From contig URUZ01000001.1 of assembly GCA_900551225.1 (NCBI GenBank), positions 1 to 35,949 of the forward strand: a DNA stretch of 35,949 bases, in the 5' to 3' direction. Shown in pieces: positions 19,342 through 26,712 of this stretch (position 1 is its first letter; each line of letters begins with the position of its first letter). Under the pieces are notes generated by a model. It did no database searches. It was not told where the DNA came from and saw only the letters and a list, made by a program, of their open reading frames with translations. This DNA is from an uncultured Clostridium sp. (lineage in GTDB: Bacteria; Bacillota; Clostridia; Lachnospirales; Lachnospiraceae). A program made the translations under genes and the position numbers.

Positions 19342-20481
19342 ATGAAATTGGATATCTGCATTAAAAACGGACGTGTGATGGACCCCTATACCGGGGTGGA
19401 CCAGGTGATGGATCTGGCGGTATCCGGCGGCCGGATTGTGGAGGCGGCCCCTGCAGCGGGCTGTGATAAGGAGATCGACGCCTCAGGCTGCTATGTATTT
19501 CCGGGCCTGGTTGATTATCACGTCCATGTGTTTGGCGGCGGCAGCGCTGTGGCCGTCCGCCCGGATTACCTGCTGGCCACAGGCGTCACCTCCTGTGTGG
19601 ACGCGGGAACTGCGGGGCCATGTAATTTCGAGGCATTTTACAGAAATACCGTGGCGGGCAGCAGGGTGAGGATCAAGAGCTATCTGAATATGTACAGCTT
19701 CGGGCAGCCGGATTTTGGAATCAATGAATGGTTTGATGTGAAGGCATTCCGGCCGGAGAACATCCGCCGGACGGTGGAGCGGTACCGGGACAATATCCTG
19801 GGACTGAAGATCCGGATGAGCAGGGGAGTGGCCGCGGACAGGGAGGCTCTGGAGTTCACTGTCCGTCTGGCGGAGGAGCTGGGAACCGGCGTCTGCGTCC
19901 ATGTGAGCGATCCGGTGTGCCCCCTGGCGGAGATGGCCGGGCTGCTGCGGCCGGGAGATATCTTCTGCCACATGTACCAGGACGTGGGCATGGACAATAT
20001 ACTGGACGCCAACGGCCATGTGCAGCCGGAGATTTTAAAGGCGAGGCAGAGGGGCGTCATATTCGATGCGGCCAACGGGAGGATGAATTTCAATATCAGG
20101 CTGTGTGAGCGGGCGGTGGACCAGGGCTTCTGGCCGGATGTGATCTCCAGCGACTGGCTGCTGGACAAGTACAATGTGTCCCCCTATGCCAAGAACCTGA
20201 TGTTCATTGTGTCTAAGTATCTGAAACTGGGCATGCCCCTGATGGAGGCCCTGGCCTGCGTCACCTCCACGCCTGCCAGGCTCATGGGGATGGAAGGGCG
20301 GACCGGCACCCTGCAGCCAGGCGCCCTGGCGGATATCGCCATATTCCGAAAGACGGAGCGCAGGGCCAGGCACCTGGATTCAGCCGGTAATGTATTTGAG
20401 ACGGAGGAGCTGTTTATCCCCCAGATGGTGATCTGCGATGGAGAATTCGCATTCTGCCAGGCGGATTTCGCCCTCTGCTAA
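19342..20481 (+). CDS. Amidohydrolase-superfamily metallohydrolase (COG3964-like, dihydroorotase-like/deacetylase)
   Basis: PGLVDYHVH, VDAGTAG, GLKIR, VHV, RPGDIFCH, PDVISSD, ADIAIF. Confidence 0.82.
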   Translation: MKLDICIKNGRVMDPYTGVDQVMDLAVSGGRIVEAAPAAGCDKEIDASGCYVFPGLVDYHVHVFGGGSAVAVRPDYLLATGVTSCVDAGTAGPCNFEAFYRNTVAGSRVRIKSYLNMYSFGQPDFGINEWFDVKAFRPENIRRTVERYRDNILGLKIRMSRGVAADREALEFTVRLAEELGTGVCVHVSDPVCPLAEMAGLLRPGDIFCHMYQDVGMDNILDANGHVQPEILKARQRGVIFDAANGRMNFNIRLCERAVDQGFWPDVISSDWLLDKYNVSPYAKNLMFIVSKYLKLGMPLMEALACVTSTPARLMGMEGRTGTLQPGALADIAIFRKTERRARHLDSAGNVFETEELFIPQMVICDGEFAFCQADFALC

Positions 20482-20517
20482 AGAGATATATGGGCATATT
20501 GCCCGGAAAGGGAGAAA

Positions 20518-21426
20518 GTGATGAGAGTAAAAGGAATTATACCGGCGCTATGCACGCCCACCGGCAGGGAGGAGCAGGTCAATGAAGCTTCCTTAAAAAG
20601 GCTGCTGGACTATACCATTGAAAGCGGCTGCCACGGCGTGTTTATTCTCAGCAGTACAGGGGAGTTCTACGGGATCAGCCAGGAGGAGAAGCTGCGGGCC
20701 GTGAAGATTACGGTGGACCATGTAAATGGCAGAGTTCCCGTGATGGTAGGGGCATACGGCGTGGGTACCAGGGAGGCTGTCGGCATGGTTGAAAAAGTCC
20801 AGGATCTGGGAGCGGATCTGGTGTCTGTGCTGACGCCCATGATGATTACTCCAAATGATGAGGAGATTTACCAGCACTACCGGTCCATCGCAGCCTCTAC
20901 GGATCTGCCGGTGACCCTGTATAACAACCCCGACAGGACAGGGGTCAATATCTCCGCCAGGACAGTGGAACGCCTGGCCGCCATCCCCAACATTGTGGCA
21001 GTCAAGGACAGCAGCGGGGACCTGGGGCTGATGATGGATTACATCATGCGCACCAGGGAGATGGAGTTTGATGTGCTGTGCGGCAGGGATATGCTGATTT
21101 TCGCCAACCTGCTCCACGGCGGCTCAGGCTCTGTGGCGGCCACGGCCAATGTGGCCCCTGCCCTTCTGGTGGACCTGTATGACAAATGTATGGCAGGCGA
21201 CTATGCAGGCGCCCTGGCCGACCAGTACAGGCTGGCGCCCTTCAGGCTCTCCTTTGGCCTGGCAAGCTGGCCGGCGGTTACAAAGGATGCGCTGAACCTG
21301 ATGGGATTTGAGGTTGGGGACCCGGTGAAGCCTGTGATGGGCTGTGCGGGGGAGAAGCTGGAGATATTGAGAGGGATTTTGACGGATCTGGGTGTGATGC
21401 CAGGTAATGTGTGTACCAAAGGATAA
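20518..21426 (+). CDS. DapA/NAL-family Schiff-base aldolase
   Basis: GIIPA, SSTGE, LYNNP, KDSSGD (catalytic Tyr and Lys present). Start is GTG 20518 or ATG 20521. Confidence 0.9.
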   Translation: MMRVKGIIPALCTPTGREEQVNEASLKRLLDYTIESGCHGVFILSSTGEFYGISQEEKLRAVKITVDHVNGRVPVMVGAYGVGTREAVGMVEKVQDLGADLVSVLTPMMITPNDEEIYQHYRSIAASTDLPVTLYNNPDRTGVNISARTVERLAAIPNIVAVKDSSGDLGLMMDYIMRTREMEFDVLCGRDMLIFANLLHGGSGSVAATANVAPALLVDLYDKCMAGDYAGALADQYRLAPFRLSFGLASWPAVTKDALNLMGFEVGDPVKPVMGCAGEKLEILRGILTDLGVMPGNVCTKG

Positions 21427-21444
21427 AGAAAAGAGGCGGATGAC

Positions 21445-22956
21445 ATGGAACAGGTAAAGAGATTAAAACCATATATCAACGGACAATACAGAGGGTCCGC
21501 AACAGAGAAATATACCGATGCATATGATCCCAGCACAGGGCAGGTGATTGCCAAGGTGCCCTGCTGCACCAGGGAAGAGGTGGAGGAGGCGGTGGCCTGC
21601 GCCAAGGCGGCATTTCCGGGGTGGTCCGGCACCCCGGTGGTAAAGAGGGTACAGATCCTGTACAGACTGAGGGGACTGCTGGAAGAGCACATGGACGAGC
21701 TGACCCACCTGGTGGCCTTGGAGAACGGCAAGGCGTGGGACGAAGCCAGGGGGGATGTGCTGAAGGCCAAGGAGGGAACCGAGCAGGCCATTGCCGCTCC
21801 CTCCCTGATGATGGGGGAGAGCCTGATGGACGCCTCAAAGGGGTATGACACAGTGCTTTACCGGGAACCCCTGGGGGTGTTTGCAGGGATAGTGCCCTTT
21901 AATTTCCCGGCCATGATTCCCATGGGCTGGATGACGCCCCTGTGCATCGCCTGCGGCAACACCATTGTGCTGAAGGCCGCAAGCTTTACCCCCCAGACCT
22001 GTATGCGGATCGCGGAACTTTATAAAGAAGCCGGCCTCCCGGACGGAGTGATCAACATTGTAACCTGCTCCAGGCATGAGGCGGAGATTCTGCTGGAGCA
22101 TCCGGATGTGAAGGGGATCACTTTTGTAGGTTCTACCTCCGTGGGAATGCATATCTATTCTGCTGCGGCAGCCCACGGTAAACGGGTGCAGGCCCTGTGC
22201 GAGGCCAAGAACCATGCACTGGTGCTGAATGACGCTCCTGTGCGGCGGGTGGCTGCCGGGATTATCAACTCCGCCTTCGGCTGCGCGGGGGAGCGCTGTA
22301 TGGCGCTGCCTGTGGTGGTGGCCCAGGAGGGAATCGCGGATGCCCTGGTGGAAGAGATCGTGCGCCAGGCGAAGGAGATTAAGGTAGGGCCTGCCTACAA
22401 CAAGGACAGCGGGCTGGGACCGGTGATCAATGCCGAACACAGGCAGTCTGTGCTGGACTGGATCGAGAAGGGCCTGTCCCAGGGTGCAGAGCTGGTTCTG
22501 GACGGCAGAAATGTGACGGTAGATGGATATGAACATGGATTTTATATGGGCCCCACTATACTGGATCATGTGAAGCCGGGAATGACGGTGGGGGACACGG
22601 AGATCTTCGGACCGGTGCTGTGCATCAAGCGCGTAAAGACATTCGAAGAGGGGATGGCGGTGATGAATGCCAATCCATTTGCCAACGGCTCCGTAATATT
22701 CACCCAGAACGGCCACTATGCCAGGGAATTTGCCAGACATACGGACGGAGGCATGGTGGGAGTCAATGTGGGAATCCCGGTTCCGGTTGGGATGTTCCCG
22801 TTCTCAGGCCACAAGAACTCCTTTATAGGGGATCTCCACTGCCTCGGAAAGGATGGCTACCGCTTCTATACGGAGACGAAGGTAGTGACAACCAGATGGT
22901 TTGACGAGGAGCAGGGCAAGTCCACCCAGGTCAGCACCTGGGACGGAACCATCTAA
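21445..22956 (+). CDS. CoA-acylating (methyl)malonate-semialdehyde dehydrogenase (MmsA/IolA family)
   Basis: PFNFPAMIP, FVGST, GKRVQAL..AKNH, AGERCMA, EIFGPV, GVNVGIPVP. Confidence 0.9.
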   Translation: MEQVKRLKPYINGQYRGSATEKYTDAYDPSTGQVIAKVPCCTREEVEEAVACAKAAFPGWSGTPVVKRVQILYRLRGLLEEHMDELTHLVALENGKAWDEARGDVLKAKEGTEQAIAAPSLMMGESLMDASKGYDTVLYREPLGVFAGIVPFNFPAMIPMGWMTPLCIACGNTIVLKAASFTPQTCMRIAELYKEAGLPDGVINIVTCSRHEAEILLEHPDVKGITFVGSTSVGMHIYSAAAAHGKRVQALCEAKNHALVLNDAPVRRVAAGIINSAFGCAGERCMALPVVVAQEGIADALVEEIVRQAKEIKVGPAYNKDSGLGPVINAEHRQSVLDWIEKGLSQGAELVLDGRNVTVDGYEHGFYMGPTILDHVKPGMTVGDTEIFGPVLCIKRVKTFEEGMAVMNANPFANGSVIFTQNGHYAREFARHTDGGMVGVNVGIPVPVGMFPFSGHKNSFIGDLHCLGKDGYRFYTETKVVTTRWFDEEQGKSTQVSTWDGTI

Positions 22957-22984
22957 ATATAAAGACGTGGTTCGGATCAGAATA

Positions 22985-23030
22985 AACGCCCGCCCGGCGG
23001 TCTGCATTGCAGATCAGCCGGGCGGGCGTT
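22985..23030. terminator. GC-rich hairpin between convergent genes
   Basis: Perfect 14-bp arms aacgcccgcccggc / gccgggcgggcgtt with an inner tctgca/tgcaga stem. Confidence 0.75.
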
Positions 23031-23041
23031 GTGAGATTCAT

Positions 23042-24277
23042 TTATGCTTCCAGGCCATACTTCCGTTCCCATGGAAGCATTGGCTGCAGCTTATAATCAA
23101 TGGTGATATCCTTTCTGCTGTAGAGCTTCCGGAAATTGGCGGAGATCCGTTTCAGAACCATCTCACCCTTCTCCGCGGTTACCGTGGGCAGCAGTACAAT
23201 GAACTGGCTGACGCTGTAGCGGGTGTAGACGTCGCTGCAGCGGAGGGAACTGCGGATGGCGGTATTCAGATGTTCCATGGCCTTGTTCAGAATATTCATC
23301 TTGGGTACCTCCCCTTCCAGATCGCTGAGGGTCATGAGGCAGAGGTAGATGGAATCCCCGGTGCGTTCAATGGCCCGCCGTTCCAGCTGGTAGAGATCCC
23401 GGAACACAGGATACTCACAGTAAAATGCACCTGTGTTGCCCTCCTCCTTCAGCGCCTCCTGGATCACGCTCAGGTTGGTGGTGATCCCCGTCTCCTTGTT
23501 GCGGATGGTTTTATAGAGGTCCTTAAAATGCTCTGATGGGGAGATTGAAAACTCGTTGTAAAACAGGTCCAGGGTGTGGTTGTACTGCTCAATGGCCTGG
23601 CTGGTATGGCTGTCCATGTACAGCGCATATACCAGATAATAATGGAACTGTTCGTCAAATGGCTCGATGCCAATGGCCGTCTGGCAGATGGATGTGATCT
23701 GGGAGTAAGCTTCTTTATTCAGAAGGATCTGAATCGTCCTGTATACAAGCTTTTGATACAGGGAGTGATAATATGTACTGATGGGGATCACCCAGGATTC
23801 ATACTCTGCCTTGGGTAGAAAATCTCCTTTGTACAGTTCCAGGCCTTCCAGGCACAGGGGGAGCAATTCCTCATCCAGTGCGCCGTCCCTGGCCAGCACC
23901 TTGCTGCAGACAGACTCAAACTGGTCTATATCCAGAACAGTGGGGTATTCCTGGGTCCAGGCGTAAGATCCGCGCTGCTGTACCAGCAGCTTCTGAACCG
24001 GGATACCCAGTGGCTCCAACAGCTTCCTGGAGCGGAACATCAATGTTTTTAAAGCGCCTCCCGGGTTCACGCCGGGATCATCGGCCCATATGGTTTCAAT
24101 CAGCTCATTGACGCTAATATCCTTTTTTTGGAAAATAACAAGGTATTCCAGAAGACTCCACGGTTTTTTTGACTGGTTATTACTGTCGGTTATTTCTTTC
24201 CCATTAACTGTGATCGAAAAGCCGCCCAGAGTTTTTACATATATAGTTTGCTGAAAATCCAAAGCGGACGCATCCAT
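23042..24277 (-). CDS. SARP-like regulator: winged helix + BTAD + degenerate GGDEF-like C-terminal domain
   Basis: VKTLGGFSI, LIETIW, ALKTLMFRSRKLL, LDIDQFE, LYKGDFL, IEPFDE, ISPS. C-terminal SLRCSDVYTRYSVSQFIVLLP parallels LR.SD...R.GGDEF..LLP. Confidence 0.85.
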   Translation of the reverse strand: MDASALDFQQTIYVKTLGGFSITVNGKEITDSNNQSKKPWSLLEYLVIFQKKDISVNELIETIWADDPGVNPGGALKTLMFRSRKLLEPLGIPVQKLLVQQRGSYAWTQEYPTVLDIDQFESVCSKVLARDGALDEELLPLCLEGLELYKGDFLPKAEYESWVIPISTYYHSLYQKLVYRTIQILLNKEAYSQITSICQTAIGIEPFDEQFHYYLVYALYMDSHTSQAIEQYNHTLDLFYNEFSISPSEHFKDLYKTIRNKETGITTNLSVIQEALKEEGNTGAFYCEYPVFRDLYQLERRAIERTGDSIYLCLMTLSDLEGEVPKMNILNKAMEHLNTAIRSSLRCSDVYTRYSVSQFIVLLPTVTAEKGEMVLKRISANFRKLYSRKDITIDYKLQPMLPWERKYGLEA

Positions 24278-24309
24278 TGGTCAGTCTCCTTTTATCTATC
24301 AATATACCA

Positions 24310-24338
24310 AGTATACCTACCAATTAAAAAAAAGTCTA
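24310..24338 (-). promoter_or_regulatory. Candidate SigA promoter of the BTAD regulator
   Basis: Minus strand TAGACT (24338-24333), 17 nt, TATACT (24315-24310). Confidence 0.5.
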
Positions 24339-24365
24339 CATTAATTTTGCAAAAAGAGGTCGAAA

Positions 24366-24398
24366 TGTAACCAGTTTGTAACCAAAGCCTGCTATACT
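24366..24398 (+). promoter_or_regulatory. SARP/OmpR-type direct-repeat operator plus extended -10
   Basis: TGTAACCA at 24366-24373 and 24377-24384 (11-bp period), then 8 nt, then TATACT (24393-24398) with extended TG. Confidence 0.7.
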
Positions 24399-24465
24399 TA
24401 TTCTGTGCAAAGATGTATAATGAAAGATATTCTATTCAAACGGAGGAAGGAAAACAGGTGAAAGT

Positions 24466-25335
24466 ATGTCTGTAGCCAGAACAGGAGCACTGCCCAACAC
24501 ATACAAGTATTTTACAATAGCGGTCAATGGATTTGAACAGAAGCGGATAGAAGGGCTTGTGGGACATGAGAGCCAGGCAGGAACTGCGAACTTCCAAAAT
24601 ATAACGCAGATGGTGCACATTTTTAATCATGTGTTTGATCAGATCCGTTACCCTATGAGCACTGTGGACCCAAGACAATTTAATAGGAAGAACTTGAAAA
24701 CAAGCGCAGATGATTCAGTTGATTTTTCCGGGCCGGCAGGAGGAATTTCCCTGAGGGGGAAGCTTGCCACGTTCCGGATTCATGTTAAATACCGGTACCA
24801 TGCCACCTGGCAGGGTGATGTCACCTGGCTGGAGAGTGGAACCACCTATACTTTTGAGAGCTTTTTGCAGCTGATGAAGGTATTTGACCGTGTTCTGGGA
24901 GATGGCGGCCCCAAGGCTGCGCCTCTGGGAAAGCAGATGTGCGAGGTGTCGGTTCAGAATTATGAGAATTCTCTGTTGAGCGGCGATGTGTCCCACCCTG
25001 CAGTGGAGGAACGAAGGGCGTTTGCCAATGAATTTGAGCTGATGGAACAGATGGATGCAATGTTTGCGCCCACTGGCAGTTCTGTCCAGGAGACGGTGGT
25101 CGTGCCCAGGAAGCCCGGCACCTGCAAGGGATCATTGGGGCCACTGACCTTTGTGGTCAGGCTGCTGTTTGACAGCAATGCCACCTGGCAGGGAACTATC
25201 CGCTGGAAGGAAAGAGGGGAGCAGGAGAGCTTCCGCAGCTTTTTAGAGATGCTTATGATGATGGATGAAGCTGCCGGACGGATCATTGGCCGGGAAGAAG
25301 ATTCCTCAGGGGGCGCGGCAAAGAACGCTTCATAA
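24466..25335 (+). CDS. Hypothetical cytoplasmic protein made of four related 42-aa units (two with ATWQG..W...F.SFL)
   Basis: 289-aa ORF with RBS caggtg; no signal peptide or transmembrane segment; internal repeats visible by eye. Confidence 0.85.
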   Translation: MSVARTGALPNTYKYFTIAVNGFEQKRIEGLVGHESQAGTANFQNITQMVHIFNHVFDQIRYPMSTVDPRQFNRKNLKTSADDSVDFSGPAGGISLRGKLATFRIHVKYRYHATWQGDVTWLESGTTYTFESFLQLMKVFDRVLGDGGPKAAPLGKQMCEVSVQNYENSLLSGDVSHPAVEERRAFANEFELMEQMDAMFAPTGSSVQETVVVPRKPGTCKGSLGPLTFVVRLLFDSNATWQGTIRWKERGEQESFRSFLEMLMMMDEAAGRIIGREEDSSGGAAKNAS

Positions 25336-25362
25336 TTATAGAAACGAAAGGAACTTGAAGGC

Positions 25363-26247
25363 ATGAGAGGAAAGCTGCACCGGCTGATAACAATTATTCT
25401 GGTAGCCATTCTCCTGGTCAGCGGTGCGATGGTGTTCAGGCAGTGGCAGGCGGACAAGAAGGCGAAGGATGAGTATGACCGACTTGCACAGATGGCCAGC
25501 CAGACTGCGGAGGAGACCACCACAGAACCAGTGGCGGCGGAGACGGAACCGGCTGAGACAGAACCCGTCCAGGAGCCATATGTATCGCCCATTGATTTTG
25601 AGGCGCTGCAGAAGGAGAATCCTGATACCATAGGATGGATACAGATCGAGGGCACACAGGTCAATTACCCCATTGTACAGGGAACGGACAATGATTTTTA
25701 TCTGAACCACGATTTTAACGGCAAGGAGAGTATTGCGGGGTCCATTTACCTGGATTTTGAGAGCCAGGGAGATTTTGACGGACGCAACAATATTCTGTAC
25801 GGCCACAATATGAAAAACGGGACCATGTTCAAGGATGTGGTTAAGTATAAAGATGAGGCCTTTTTCAATGAGCATCAGTATTTTACCATCTATACCCCGG
25901 AGCGGGAGATCCGTCTGAAAGCGGTGGCCGCATACTATGGGGAGGCAAAGCCCATTGTCCGCAAGACGCGGTTCGTAAGCCAGGAGTCATTTGACGCCTT
26001 TGTGCAGGAGATGATGTCCCCCTGCAGTTACGCTGAGGACGTCCAGTATCCTGCCAGGACGTTGTACACTCTGGTGACCTGCAGTTATGAGATCAATGAC
26101 GCCCGGACCTTTTTGTTTGCAGTTGAGGTAGATGAGGACGGCAGCGAGATCCCGCCGGATGAGGAATTCCAGCAGCATATGGAAGATCTGGTGCGCGAAC
26201 ACGCTGAAAAACAGGGGAAAACTGTAGATAATGCCGGAAAACAATGA
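25363..26247 (+). CDS. srtB: Class B sortase
   Basis: N-terminal membrane anchor, NPDTIGWI, NYPIVQ..DNDFYL.H, YGHNM...MF, TLVTC, catalytic Arg in ART. Confidence 0.92.
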   Translation: MRGKLHRLITIILVAILLVSGAMVFRQWQADKKAKDEYDRLAQMASQTAEETTTEPVAAETEPAETEPVQEPYVSPIDFEALQKENPDTIGWIQIEGTQVNYPIVQGTDNDFYLNHDFNGKESIAGSIYLDFESQGDFDGRNNILYGHNMKNGTMFKDVVKYKDEAFFNEHQYFTIYTPEREIRLKAVAAYYGEAKPIVRKTRFVSQESFDAFVQEMMSPCSYAEDVQYPARTLYTLVTCSYEINDARTFLFAVEVDEDGSEIPPDEEFQQHMEDLVREHAEKQGKTVDNAGKQ

Positions 26248-26256
26248 GAATTTTGG

Positions 26257-26285
26257 TTGACATTTGTCGAAAATAGTGATATAGT
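26257..26285 (+). promoter_or_regulatory. Near-consensus SigA promoter
   Basis: TTGACA-17 nt-TATAGT with extended TG. Confidence 0.75.
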
Positions 26286-26291
26286 AATAGC

Positions 26292-26447
26292 GTTATCAGG
26301 ATGGAATGGCGGATGATTCCATCCTGTTTTTGTGATTGCTCTTAATTCGGGCAGTTTTGCCCAAATTATAATAAACCCCTTGCAGCGGCTCTACTGCTGG
26401 AATTAAGAGGCGGGATATCCCCTCAGATGAGAGAATATCCCGCTTTT
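26292..26447 (+). ncRNA. Candidate structured non-coding RNA or attenuated leader (unassigned)
   Basis: Hairpin 26297-26326 plus T5; multi-stem unit closed by ctcttaattc/gaattaagag (26339-26409); hairpin 26410-26443 plus T4; no credible ORF. Confidence 0.4.
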
Positions 26448-26494
26448 GTTATGTTTTTCTAAGCCTTACCATGGGAAAATTCTTAATTAAGGTA

Positions 26495-26655
26495 TTGGAA
26501 AAACAAATAAATTATGCTATACTCTTAACGTTAGGCACAAAATTTGTAATTTTATTAAGTGTAAGCCCAACAGATGGAAAATATTGGCGTTATTTTTGAT
26601 AGCGGATTTACGTGACAAGGAAGTCATGCCTGTTGAGGATGGGTGTGGCTTTTTT
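26495..26655 (+). promoter_or_regulatory. Candidate promoter and leader terminator of the amino-acid ABC operon
   Basis: TTGGAA-17 nt-TATACT with extended TG (26495-26523); GU-rich hairpin 26621-26651 ending in a T run, upstream of the RBS. Confidence 0.5.
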
Positions 26656-26712
26656 CTTAGGAATGACCATATTTTTCCAGATGGAGCACAAACAAAGAGG
26701 AGAGAATGTGTT

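Noticed and set aside
16213..21426. Naming these genes ilvD, pyrC and dapA
   Set aside because: Family membership is clear, but the sigma54/permease context argues for catabolic paralogues, so symbols were withheld.
26301..26345. 14-codon ORF MEWRMIPSCFCDCS as a Cys leader peptide
   Set aside because: No adequate RBS, and it runs through the hairpin itself. It cannot be excluded without ribosome profiling.
26339..26409. SAM-I, purine or c-di-GMP riboswitch, or T-box
   Set aside because: The closing stem superficially resembles SAM-I P1, but the conserved cores (AUC..GAG, GCAACC, GGUGC; GGCAAAC; GGUGGNACC) are absent.
26584..26712. 43-aa N-terminal extension of the binding protein in the ORF track
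   Set aside because: TTG start without an RBS; the signal peptide and RBS fit ATG 26713.
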